A stretch of 64,000 bases of DNA from an uncultured Bacteroidaceae bacterium (lineage in GTDB: Bacteria > Bacteroidota > Bacteroidia > Bacteroidales > Bacteroidaceae). Location: NCBI GenBank assembly GCA_944320785.1, contig CALUIR010000006.1, positions 6,192-70,191 on the forward strand, written 5' to 3'. Of this stretch, positions 54,112 to 62,114 are shown in pieces (within the stretch, counting starts at the first letter, position 1; the number at the start of each line of letters is the position of its first letter). The notes beneath the pieces are model-generated. The model was given only the letters and a program-made list of their open reading frames with translations. It did not search any database and was not told where the DNA came from. The translations under genes and the position numbers were made by a program.

Positions 54112-56430
54112 ATGAGAGGGAAACGTTTTTGGGTAGCGGCGCTGGCAGGATGCTTGGCGGCGGCTGCGCATGCCTACAAGCTGGAAGGCACGTTGCAAGA
54201 TGCGGCGCAACGCCCCGTGGAGTATGCCAACGTGCAACTGTTGGGCAGGGACTCATCGTTCGTGGCAGGCACGGTGTCCGACCGTCGGGGCGCATTCATG
54301 GTGGAAGCCGACGGGGGCGACTACTTGCTGCGCGTGTCGATGGTGGGCTATGCCACGGTGACAAGGGAGGTGAGGAATGTGGCCGGTGATGTGCGGCTTG
54401 GCACGATTGTGCTGGAAGAAGCGACCAATGAGTTGGACAGCATTACGGTGACGGCTCACCGCATCATTCGCCGCATCGACCGGCAGATTGCGTTTCCCGG
54501 CAAACTGGAAACGGAAAGTTCTGCCACGGCCTTGGAACTGCTGAAGAAAATGTCGCTTCCTTTGCTGAAAGTGGACGACGTGAACCGCAGCGTGAGCATG
54601 GTGACGGGGGGCAGCGTGCAGCTACGCATCAACGGGCGTCCCGCCACGGTGGAAGAAGCCGCCCGCATCCCTTCGAAAGATATTATCCGCATTGAGTATC
54701 ACGATAACCCCGGCGTGCGGATACAGGAAGAAGCCTTGGTGGACTTCATTGTGCGCCGACGGGAAGCCGGAGGGCAAGTAGTGGTCAACACGCGGAATGC
54801 CGTTCACTTGTGGTTCAGCGATGATGATGTGACTTTCAAGGTGAACCACGGGCGTTCGGAATGGTCGGGCAACTACACGTTTTCTTACCGCGACTATGAC
54901 GATGCTTGGAATGAGGCGACCTTGGACTATACAACGCCGGAAGGAGAGTTCAGCCAGAAGTTAGATGGCATTCCTTCGCCTTTCTATTATCAGACGCATA
55001 ACATTGATTTGTCTTACAACTACACGAAGCCGGACAAGCGGATGCTGAACGTGCTTTACAGGGGGACTTACCATCGGAACAATTCATTGGACCGCGCTAA
55101 TGTGATGTATTCCGAATACCCGGAATGGAATTATACGTATGAAGACCGTGACAAAGATCCGTACAGCGTTTCTGCGTTGGACCTTTTCTATAAAGAGGAA
55201 ATCGACAAGACCCAGCGTGTGTATGCCGACCTGTGGGGAAGCTACACGGACACGAAATATGACCGGGAATACATTTACCGCAGCATGGCGCAACCCGATG
55301 CGGGCGGCAGCTATGTGAACCACACGAAGGGGAAGAAATACAGCCTGATAGCCGAGGCGGATTATGAAAAGGAGTGGGACAAGGTGAAGCTCTATGCGGG
55401 CGGGAAGTACAGTTGGGGACATGCTGACAACCGCTACCGAGGAACAACCGTGGCCAACACGGAGATGACCAATTCCGACCTTTATCTCTACTCCCAACTG
55501 ACGGGACGCTACAAGAAGCTGTCGTACCAAGTAGGCGTGGGCGTGTCGTATGCTTATTTTGACGAAGGGGGGGAGGGGTACAAGTTTTGGACGTTCCGTC
55601 CTTCTGCCTCCTTGAACTACCAGCAGACGGAGACGGGCGGATGGATGTTCCGCTACGATTTCCGAAGTTTGCCGAGCATTCCTTCGCTTTCCAGCCTCAG
55701 TGATGTGGAGCAAGACGTGGATCCATTGGTGGTCAGCCGGGGAACACCGGGCTTGAAACCGTACCGTTATTATGCAAATGCGATGATGGCGGGCTATGTG
55801 CATCCGAAAGTGACAGTCTATTGGGGCGGTGAGCATTATTATTATGACAATGTAATTATGACAAGCATGTGGTGGGACGATGCGCGGGGCAAGTTTGTTT
55901 CCGCGCCTGAAAACCAGAAACATTATCAGACAGCGAGGGCTTTTGCCGGCCTGCAATGGCAGGTGGTGAAAGATGTGTTCAACCTCTCGTTCTATGGGAT
56001 GGCAGGCTGGATGGAGAGCAAGGGGAACAATTTCCGCCATACTTATACGAGCCTTTACGGACGGGTCTCGGCTGATTTTTATTGGAAAGGATGGAACTTG
56101 GGCGTAAGTGCGCACAACCGCTTCCACAGCCTTTGGGGAGAAAGCCTGAGTTATGGGGAATGGCCGGGCTATGGTTTCTCTGGTGGTTACCGCTACAAAG
56201 ACTGGTACTTCGGCCTTTATGCCTGGGGGCCGTTCACAGATGCGGCAAGTTATTATAGCGAGTCCCTTCGGGAAGTGTATCGGAGAAAGTCGTGGCGCTA
56301 CATCGGGCAGTCATCCCCCATTTACATGTTGCAAGTCAACTGGAACTTCAATTGGGGCAGGAAGTCGCAAGCCGGGAAGAAAACGATTAACAACAGCGAT
56401 TCCGACACCGGCATTTTGAAGGCCAATTAA
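54112..56430 (+). CDS. Outer-membrane beta-barrel protein with CarboxypepD_reg-like N-domain (TonB-dependent-receptor-like, OMP_b-brl_3 type)
   Basis: Signal peptide (AAAAHA). YKLEGTLQDAAQRPVEYANVQLLGRDSSFVAGTVSDRRGAF. A plug-like segment, then about 550 aa of Y/W/G-rich strand repeats. Its stop codon lies 1 nt before the exporter ATG. Confidence 0.75.
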   Translation: MRGKRFWVAALAGCLAAAAHAYKLEGTLQDAAQRPVEYANVQLLGRDSSFVAGTVSDRRGAFMVEADGGDYLLRVSMVGYATVTREVRNVAGDVRLGTIVLEEATNELDSITVTAHRIIRRIDRQIAFPGKLETESSATALELLKKMSLPLLKVDDVNRSVSMVTGGSVQLRINGRPATVEEAARIPSKDIIRIEYHDNPGVRIQEEALVDFIVRRREAGGQVVVNTRNAVHLWFSDDDVTFKVNHGRSEWSGNYTFSYRDYDDAWNEATLDYTTPEGEFSQKLDGIPSPFYYQTHNIDLSYNYTKPDKRMLNVLYRGTYHRNNSLDRANVMYSEYPEWNYTYEDRDKDPYSVSALDLFYKEEIDKTQRVYADLWGSYTDTKYDREYIYRSMAQPDAGGSYVNHTKGKKYSLIAEADYEKEWDKVKLYAGGKYSWGHADNRYRGTTVANTEMTNSDLYLYSQLTGRYKKLSYQVGVGVSYAYFDEGGEGYKFWTFRPSASLNYQQTETGGWMFRYDFRSLPSIPSLSSLSDVEQDVDPLVVSRGTPGLKPYRYYANAMMAGYVHPKVTVYWGGEHYYYDNVIMTSMWWDDARGKFVSAPENQKHYQTARAFAGLQWQVVKDVFNLSFYGMAGWMESKGNNFRHTYTSLYGRVSADFYWKGWNLGVSAHNRFHSLWGESLSYGEWPGYGFSGGYRYKDWYFGLYAWGPFTDAASYYSESLREVYRRKSWRYIGQSSPIYMLQVNWNFNWGRKSQAGKKTINNSDSDTGILKAN

Positions 56431-56431
56431 T

Positions 56432-58645
56432 ATGCGGGCGCGGAAGTTCCCATATTGTCATCAACTGGATGCCATGGATTGCGGCGGGGCATGCCTTCGC
56501 ATGGTAGCAGCTTGCTACGGGCGCAACTTCTCCGGCCAGGAAGTGCAACGGCTCTGTGCGGCGGGGCGCGAGGGCGTTTCGGTGCTTTCCGTGTGTGAAG
56601 CGGCAGAGGCGATGGGCTTCCGCGCCGTGGCAGGCCGGGTGTCGTTGGAGAAGCTGACGGCGCAACAGCCCTTTCCCTGCATCTTGCATTGGCGGCAGGA
56701 ACATTTTGTGGTACTTTACGCCGTGAAGCGGAAGCATCGGGGCGACCGCTGGTTTTGCGTGGCCGATCCGGGGAAAGGACTACAGGCATTGGATGAAGAA
56801 ACTTTCAGGGAACATTGGCTGAGTACGCGTCGGCAGGGTGAAGAACGCGGCATTGTGGTGTCGCTCCAGCCTGCGGCAGCTTTCTTTGAGAAGCATCCTG
56901 CCTGTGGAAAGAAGGTGCCTGCGGCGGCTTTCCTGTACAGGTATATGCGGCCATACGGGAAGTTTTTCCTGCATCTGGCGGCAGGGCTGCTGTTGGGGAG
57001 CGTGTTGCAACTGATTGCTCCTTTCCTGACGCAGGCCATTGTGGACACCGGCATTGCCAACCGTGACATCGGTTTTATCTATTTGGTGCTGGCCGGGCAA
57101 TTGATGCTGGTGCTGAGCAGCACGGCCATCGACTTTGTGCGGCGGTGGATATTGCTCCACATCAGCGTGCGCGTCAACCTGTCGCTGCTGTCTGACTTCA
57201 TCATCAAATTGATGAAGCTGCCCATGGGCTTCTTTGAGGAGAAGCAAACCGGCGACCTGATGCAGCGGATGAACGACCACGAACGGGTGCAGCAGTTCCT
57301 TACCACGCAAACGCTCGGCATCCTGTATTCGCTTTTCAGCTTCGTGGTGTTCGGCGTGGTGTTGCTGTATTATGACGTTTGGATTTTTGCCGTGTTTGCC
57401 TTGGGCAGCCTGCTTTATGCCGGATGGATTGGCCTGTTCCTGCGGCGGAGGCGGACGATTGATTATGAATATTTCGAGCAAAGGGCCTTGAACCAAAGCA
57501 AGACGATGCAACTGTTGGGCGGCATGCAGGAGACAAAGCTGCAAGGATGCGAAAGCCGCCGCCGGTGGGAATGGGAAGACGTGCAGGCGGGACTGTTTCA
57601 AGTGAACATGAAATCGCTGAAACTGTCGCAAGCCCAAGAGGTGGGCGGCGTTTTCATCAACCAAGCCAAAAGCATTGTCATCACCATCATGGCGGCAACG
57701 GCCGTGGTGGACGGGCGTTTGTCGTTGGGCATGATGCTGGCCATTCAATATATCTTAGGGCAGTTGTCCTACCCGGTGGAGCAATTGCTGGCTTTCATCT
57801 ACCATTGGCAGGACGTGAAAATCAGCTTGGAGCGCATGGCGGAAATCCATGTGCAGGAAGATGAAAATGAAGGGAGGCGCATGGATTCGCCTGTCCCGAG
57901 CAGCCCTGCTGCCATAGATGTGGCAGATGTGAGCTTCCAGTATGAAGGAAAACATTCACCGAAGGTGCTGGACCATGTGACGCTGCACCTGCCGCAGGGG
58001 AAGGTGACGGCCATTGTGGGCGGAAGCGGCAGCGGGAAAACTACTTTGGTGAAATTGTTGTTGGGCTATTATGTTCCCACGGACGGGGACATCCGGGTGG
58101 GCGGGGCGGCGTTGGCCGGGATGGACAAAAAGAAATGGCGGCGGCAATGCGGCGTGGTGATGCAGGACGGCTACATTTTTTCGGAGTCCATCGCCCGCAA
58201 CATTGCGGTGGGCGACGGGGAGATAGATTCTCAAAGATTGAAGGAAGCCGCCCGTTTGGCCTGTGTGGATGAATTTGCAGAACGCTTGCCGTTGCGATAT
58301 GACACGGTGGTGGGAATGGACGGGCGGGGCATCAGCCAAGGGCAGCGGCAGCGCATCCTGATAGCCCGCGCGGTATATAAAGATCCGCCTTTCCTGTTTT
58401 TCGATGAAGCGACCAACTCATTGGACACTGTGAACGAGCGGGTTATCATGGAAAACCTGGATGGATTTTATAAAGGGAAAACCGTAGTGGTAGTGGCGCA
58501 TCGGTTGAGTACGGTGCGCCATGCGGACCAGATTGTGGTGCTGGACAAAGGACGGGTGGTGGAAACAGGTACGCATGAGGAACTGGCTGCCCGCAGGGGG
58601 GCTTATTTTGAATTGGTGAAGAACCAGCTTGAACTGGGAGAATAG
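56432..58645 (+). CDS. Bacteriocin-type ABC exporter with N-terminal C39 cysteine peptidase domain
   Basis: C39 motif QLDAMDCGGACLRMV (catalytic Cys17, nt 56480-56482). Six-TM domain. Walker A GGSGSGKTT, signature ISQGQRQR, Walker B FLFFDEATNSLD. Confidence 0.92.
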   Translation: MRARKFPYCHQLDAMDCGGACLRMVAACYGRNFSGQEVQRLCAAGREGVSVLSVCEAAEAMGFRAVAGRVSLEKLTAQQPFPCILHWRQEHFVVLYAVKRKHRGDRWFCVADPGKGLQALDEETFREHWLSTRRQGEERGIVVSLQPAAAFFEKHPACGKKVPAAAFLYRYMRPYGKFFLHLAAGLLLGSVLQLIAPFLTQAIVDTGIANRDIGFIYLVLAGQLMLVLSSTAIDFVRRWILLHISVRVNLSLLSDFIIKLMKLPMGFFEEKQTGDLMQRMNDHERVQQFLTTQTLGILYSLFSFVVFGVVLLYYDVWIFAVFALGSLLYAGWIGLFLRRRRTIDYEYFEQRALNQSKTMQLLGGMQETKLQGCESRRRWEWEDVQAGLFQVNMKSLKLSQAQEVGGVFINQAKSIVITIMAATAVVDGRLSLGMMLAIQYILGQLSYPVEQLLAFIYHWQDVKISLERMAEIHVQEDENEGRRMDSPVPSSPAAIDVADVSFQYEGKHSPKVLDHVTLHLPQGKVTAIVGGSGSGKTTLVKLLLGYYVPTDGDIRVGGAALAGMDKKKWRRQCGVVMQDGYIFSESIARNIAVGDGEIDSQRLKEAARLACVDEFAERLPLRYDTVVGMDGRGISQGQRQRILIARAVYKDPPFLFFDEATNSLDTVNERVIMENLDGFYKGKTVVVVAHRLSTVRHADQIVVLDKGRVVETGTHEELAARRGAYFELVKNQLELGE

Positions 58646-58651
58646 TGCGGT

Positions 58652-58801
58652 ATGGATGAATTGAAAAATATTGAATTACGGAGCGAAAAGGCGAGAAACA
58701 TCATTGGGAGGATGCCACGTTCGTTGACCGTGTGGAGCTACGTGGTGTTGTGCGTGGTGGCTGTTTTATTGGCTTTGGGGATATGGATTGCTAATAAATG
58801 A
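58652..58801 (+). pseudogene. 49-aa remnant of a HlyD-type membrane-fusion (periplasmic adaptor) protein
   Basis: MDELKNIELRSEKARNIIGRMPRSLTVWSYVVLCVVAVLLALGIWIANK* resembles the cytoplasmic N-tail plus TM anchor of Bacteroidales bacteriocin HlyD proteins. The whole periplasmic domain is missing, and only 77 nt remain before the convergent gene. Confidence 0.45.
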
Positions 58802-58829
58802 CAGGATAACAGATGTAAATATACACTCT

Positions 58830-58870
58830 TTGCCCTCCGCCGATGTGACATCGCCGGAGGGCAATCTTTT
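58830..58870 (+). terminator. Terminator of the RiPP operon
   Basis: TTGCCCTCCG (58830-58839) / CCGGAGGGCAA (58854-58864) stem followed by TCTTTT. Confidence 0.55.
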
Positions 58871-58878
58871 GTCTGTGC

Positions 58879-60645
58879 CTATCTTACCACCACTTTGGCG
58901 GAGACATCGCCCATTTGCACGATGTAAAGCCCTTTGGGCAAGCGGATGATGTGTTGTTCGCCCGGCGTGAGGCTTGCCCGCCGGCAGAGGATGCCGTTGG
59001 CAGCATAGATGCGTGCTTGCCCGCCGGTTTCGGCATGGATGGCGATGCCTTGCGGCAAGGCATTAATCGAAATTGCCTCATGAGACGTGATGGATGTGGG
59101 GTCGCCGCCCATGAAATCGAAGGAAATGATGCCGTTGCTTTCCGTGATGTTGGTGACCGGCGTGGCAATGTCGTCGCCCTCATAGACTTCAAAAGACGTG
59201 ATTTCTGTGATGTTGCGGATGCCCGGATAGGGGTCGCCTTGCCGGCTTGACAGGGAGATGTTGCCCAGTTCGCCATCGGCGGGCAGGATGGTCATGCCTT
59301 GTTGGCTGCTGTTGTTGACTGTGTTATAGGCCCATTCCTGTTCATCGTAGTTGACATGCATCACCAACATGCCGTGCCCCAACAGGGCAGAATCCCAGCT
59401 TTCCTGTTGCCTGTTTTCCAACAGGAAATATTCATCGGGGTTGCTTTCGTTGATGATTTTGAAAGCCTGCCCTTCCGGCGTGTGTGCGGCAGCTAAGCGG
59501 ACGGTGCAAGGCTGGGTTAATGCTTCCGTGCTTTTCCAGCCCATGAACTCCTTTTCATAGGCCGTGTAGCCGCATGGCGTGTGGGAGTTGTCGTTGTAGG
59601 AACCATAGTCCATGACATCCCATGTGTCCATGCCGAAATAAGATCGGTTGTTGGTGGGGTAGAAATCGGGAAGCCCCAAGCAATGGCTGAATTCATGGCA
59701 GAAAGTGCCGATGCCATCAATCTCATTGCCATACAGTTCATTGTTGCAGGCATAGCTGTAAAGGAGTACGCCATCGAGTTCCGGCAATTCATCCATGGCG
59801 GAACGGAAATCCCATTGGTGCGGCCAAATGCTGTTTTCTTCTTCGCTGGATGCTTCGCCCACGCCTGCATAGATGGTGTAGAGTACATCCACAATGCCAT
59901 CGCCATCGTTGTCATAGACCGAGAAGTCGGGTATCAACCCTTCGGCTTTCGCGAGGGTGCAGGCTTCCAGAACCATTTCGGCGGGGCGGATGTCATCGCC
60001 TTTCCAATCGTTGGCACCGTAATAGGCCCGGTTGTTTTCCAATGTGACGGGCCCGATGATGTCGAACTGCGGGTCGAACAAGCCGCCGGACTGTGCAAGG
60101 AAATAGTCGCGGACGCTGCCATAGTCCCGTCCTCCGGTGTAACCTTCCTGGCTGACCCGTTGCGTGTATCCTGCATGAACCAGTTCGCCTTCGCTGAAGG
60201 CCACGTCCTGGTATTGGATGAGGATGACGGGAATCCGGGGATTTCCTTGCGGGCGTATCTGGGAAACCTTCATGGGTGCCGCTTTCGCTTGTTGTTTGTT
60301 CCGGCGGATTTGCGGCATGTAATTGGCGATGATCGGCTTATTTGTTTCCACAAATTCGGCTTCTTCTGCTGTACGGTTGGGGACGGCATGTGCCAATTGT
60401 GTGGAGGCGGCCAATGTGCCTTGCCCGGTAATTACGGAATAATAGAAGTGGCCGTCTGTCCCTTTGGTAAGGATGATGCCATCGTCCGTGGTGTAATAAT
60501 GGCAATGTTCATCGCCTTGCTTGACCACCGTGAGGACTGTTCCGTCTTTTTGCACATGGTTGATGCGCAGTTGTTTGGCAGGCACTGCCTGTAATACGGA
60601 AAAGGCCATCCATAGGCAAATGGTGGCGGATAGGATTCGTTTCAT
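58879..60645 (-). CDS. M6-family (immune inhibitor A-like) zinc metalloprotease with T9SS sorting domain
   Basis: Signal peptide. HEFSHCLGLPDFY (HExxH...LGLPD.Y, M6 signature). C-terminal ARIYAANGIL...GLYIVQMGDVSAKVVVR tail. Confidence 0.75.
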   Translation of the reverse strand: MKRILSATICLWMAFSVLQAVPAKQLRINHVQKDGTVLTVVKQGDEHCHYYTTDDGIILTKGTDGHFYYSVITGQGTLAASTQLAHAVPNRTAEEAEFVETNKPIIANYMPQIRRNKQQAKAAPMKVSQIRPQGNPRIPVILIQYQDVAFSEGELVHAGYTQRVSQEGYTGGRDYGSVRDYFLAQSGGLFDPQFDIIGPVTLENNRAYYGANDWKGDDIRPAEMVLEACTLAKAEGLIPDFSVYDNDGDGIVDVLYTIYAGVGEASSEEENSIWPHQWDFRSAMDELPELDGVLLYSYACNNELYGNEIDGIGTFCHEFSHCLGLPDFYPTNNRSYFGMDTWDVMDYGSYNDNSHTPCGYTAYEKEFMGWKSTEALTQPCTVRLAAAHTPEGQAFKIINESNPDEYFLLENRQQESWDSALLGHGMLVMHVNYDEQEWAYNTVNNSSQQGMTILPADGELGNISLSSRQGDPYPGIRNITEITSFEVYEGDDIATPVTNITESNGIISFDFMGGDPTSITSHEAISINALPQGIAIHAETGGQARIYAANGILCRRASLTPGEQHIIRLPKGLYIVQMGDVSAKVVVR

Positions 60646-60675
60646 GCAGGTTCAGGTTATGGGGGTATTTTTAGT

Positions 60676-61161
60676 TTAAATTGTTTTTGCTGCGTCCGGG
60701 AATTCCGGTTGCTCGCCGGGCTCTGCTTTGTAGGGGTAAACGTCCATGATGGCTGTTTCCGCCACGGAAGCGATGACGTAGTCGGCCATGGTGCCTTTCA
60801 TGCCTTCATCCAAGCGTTTCACAGCGTCGCGCAAGTCGCTTGCCTGTACCAGGACTTGGGTGGCTGTTTTCTTCTCTGCCCCGCTTTTCTCATCCAGTGT
60901 GACGAAGAACAGTTTGCATTTGAACCAGCGGTCGGCGGCTTCTTCTTCGCTGTTGAACAGTTCGCTGTAGTTGGCTCTTTTGATGTCGGATACGGTAAAT
61001 TCACCGGAGAGGAAGGGTGTCATTTCTTCAATGATGCGCGCTTCAGCTTCTGTGAAACTGAGTGCATCCACCAAATAAGGCTCTGTGACCTTTTTGGTCA
61101 TGCCGTTCTCCATCGTTTTCTCATATCTGATTTTGCATTCAAACCAATTGTGCATTGCCAT
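60676..61161 (-). CDS. DUF4494-like protein
   Basis: NWFECKIRYEKTMENGMTKKVTEPYLVDALSFTEAEARIIEEM is recognised from memory as the conserved Bacteroidales DUF4494 family. Confidence 0.6.
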   Translation of the reverse strand: MAMHNWFECKIRYEKTMENGMTKKVTEPYLVDALSFTEAEARIIEEMTPFLSGEFTVSDIKRANYSELFNSEEEAADRWFKCKLFFVTLDEKSGAEKKTATQVLVQASDLRDAVKRLDEGMKGTMADYVIASVAETAIMDVYPYKAEPGEQPEFPDAAKTI

Positions 61162-61265
61162 GATGTATTCCTTTTTAATTGATGGTTATTTAATCATGGT
61201 GCAAAGATACGAAAGGGCAGAATATGAGAAAATGAAATGGGGGATTATTTGTTGATGGTTTGCAT

Positions 61266-62114
61266 TTAACCGATAGGCGTTTCTTCCCATTTTCCTTGGT
61301 GAAGTTCCATGACTGCCGGGATGCCATTGGCTTTCAATGCTTCTAATGCTTCCTGCCGCCCGTTGTTGATGCGTGCGGGGAAGTGGGCATCCGAATTGAC
61401 CAAAACAGGGATGTGGAGGTCGCGCAGAAGGGGAAAGTATTTGACGTGGGGGAAGAAAATGCCTGTGTCGTTGTAAGCCTTTGTGTTGATTTCCACCATG
61501 ATGCCTTTGGATGCAACGAGAGAGAAATATTCTTTTATCAGGCGGTTGTACCAAGGGGCTTCTAATAGTGAAGGGTCGCAGCAGGAGGCGTTGTACGACA
61601 TTTTGTCGGCATGTCCCAATATGTCGAATCCTCCTGTTTCGACCATGGCCATGAGCTTGTCGAAATATTTTTGAACCATTCCCTTCAGGTCATTTCCGAA
61701 ATACACGGGCAATATGACCTTGAAACGCCCGACCGGCGCATCGATGTCAACCAAGCCGTCTTCCAATGATTCGAGCAGATGCACAGAGCCGATGCGGTAG
61801 TCCAAAGGCAGTTGCTGGAAGTATTCAATGGCTGGATTGCTCCCGGCATCCAGATAGTCGATTTCCATCCCGGCATAGATTTCAATTTCTGCGTCATACT
61901 GTTGTTTCAGACGATGGATTTCTTCTAAATAGGCCGGTACATCTTTCCGTTCCATGGTCCATCGTGTGGGAAAAGGGAGCGGTGCGTGGGATGAGATGCC
62001 ATAGGAAGTGAAGCCTTGCCGGATGGCTTCTTTTACAAAATCCTCCATGGACGCACGGCCATCGCAGAAGGAGCAATGGCTGTGGTAATTGGTCATGTTT
62101 GTTGGACGTTTCAT
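61266..62114 (-). CDS. PHP-family histidinol-phosphatase (HisJ-like)
   Basis: NYHSHCSFCDGRASMEDF..., YGISSHAP..., GSVHLL..., LGHADK..., NSDAH metal-binding pattern. Confidence 0.8.
   Translation of the reverse strand: MKRPTNMTNYHSHCSFCDGRASMEDFVKEAIRQGFTSYGISSHAPLPFPTRWTMERKDVPAYLEEIHRLKQQYDAEIEIYAGMEIDYLDAGSNPAIEYFQQLPLDYRIGSVHLLESLEDGLVDIDAPVGRFKVILPVYFGNDLKGMVQKYFDKLMAMVETGGFDILGHADKMSYNASCCDPSLLEAPWYNRLIKEYFSLVASKGIMVEINTKAYNDTGIFFPHVKYFPLLRDLHIPVLVNSDAHFPARINNGRQEALEALKANGIPAVMELHQGKWEETPIG

Noticed and set aside
55084-56127. A 347-aa ORF antisense to the outer-membrane barrel gene, and similar long antisense ORFs at 56780-57748, 52720-53193, 53284-53781, 49175-49774 and 59581-60594.
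   Set aside because: All lie in the most GC-rich genes, where stop codons are scarce on the opposite strand. Their translations are Arg/His/Pro/Gly-rich and low in complexity with no recognisable motif. The sense-strand genes carry clear family signatures.
58879-60645. Whether the M6 protease is the leader peptidase of the RiPP system.
   Set aside because: The exporter already carries a C39 domain matching the GG leader. The protease is on the opposite strand, past a terminator, and is itself T9SS cargo. It is kept only as a low-interest neighbourhood note.
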